Below are positions 63,814 to 64,000 of a stretch of DNA of 64,000 nt, piece by piece (position 1 is the stretch's first letter; every line of letters begins with the position of its first letter). A program made the translations under genes and the position numbers. Location of the stretch: assembly GCA_020637395.1 (NCBI GenBank), contig JACJWA010000001.1, positions 979,639-1,043,638 of the forward strand, read 5' to 3'. The notes under the pieces are model-generated. The model searched no databases. It was not told the origin of the DNA and was given only the letters and a program-made list of their open reading frames with translations. The DNA comes from Calditrichota bacterium. GTDB lineage: Bacteria; Electryoneota; RPQS01.

Positions 63814-64000
63814 ATGCTTCGCTATCCGCGAGTTCTGCTGAAGCTTTCCGGTGAAGCACTTGCCGGCGAAGGTGCTTACGGAATTGACGCCGCTACGCTT
63901 GGCGCGATGGCGGATGAACTGGCAGAAGCATCTCGCTCTGGAGTAGAAATCGGCATTGTGATCGGCGGAGGGAATATCTTCCGCGGTCTGAAGGGCGCGG
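63814..64000 (+). CDS. pyrH: UMP kinase (N-terminal 62 aa; runs off the window)
   Basis: [17 protein letters not shown]....GID...L......E......[14 protein letters not shown]. It follows tsf, as in the canonical order. Confidence 0.9.
   Translation, partial: MLRYPRVLLKLSGEALAGEGAYGIDAATLGAMADELAEASRSGVEIGIVIGGGNIFRGLKGA

Noticed and set aside
1-64000. A search for CRISPR arrays, transposases/IS ends, integrases, prophage genes, toxin-antitoxin pairs, retron/DGR reverse transcriptases and rRNA.
   Set aside because: There are no regularly spaced repeats and no DDE, tyrosine-recombinase or RT motifs in any listed ORF. No small paired ORFs with TA-like features were seen. The only repeat family found is the 46-mer pair reported above.

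Overview
The window looks like a compact bacterial chromosome segment with roughly 55-60% GC by hand counts of sample lines. Coding is almost entirely on the + strand: only 2 of about 57 genes are on the - strand. Content is mostly core housekeeping. One block is tilS-hpt-ftsH, folE-folP, accD, surE, guaA, glmS, uppP and holA. A second is iscS-mnmA-panBC. A third is rsfS-argS, mtnA and uppS, followed by an outer-membrane/LPS supercluster (tamB-bamA-skp-lpxD-lpxC/fabZ-lpxA-dxr-rseP), then mltG, uvrD, nadC and galT. The window ends with rplM-rpsI and rpsB-tsf-pyrH. The LpxC-FabZ fusion and the TamB-BamA-Skp arrangement suggest a Gram-negative of the FCB (Bacteroidota/Chlorobi-like) radiation or a related candidate phylum, although the promoters look like classical TTGACA-17-TATAAT types. 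There is no CRISPR array, transposase, integrase, phage gene, rRNA or recognisable defence system. The only accessory-looking stretch is about 17.4-25.1 kb. It holds an ECF sigma with a putative anti-sigma, and a low-GC beta-helix lipoprotein gene bracketed by a 46-nt direct repeat. It also holds an SQR-like flavoprotein with an unlisted 56-aa ORF, a strongly promoted small Cys4 protein, and a lone opposite-strand OMP. The observations most worth a second look are these: two conserved genes (rdgB, rsfS) whose conserved N-termini can only be reached from CTG start codons; RsfS fused to a histone-H1-like Lys/Ala tail; a GlmU that stops after the uridyltransferase domain; an uncharacterised membrane protein wedged between iscS and mnmA; and a PEGA membrane protein translationally coupled to ftsH. 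I do not see a clear-cut novel multi-gene system, so these are candidate leads only. All functional calls come from motifs I recognise in the translations, and no database search was possible.
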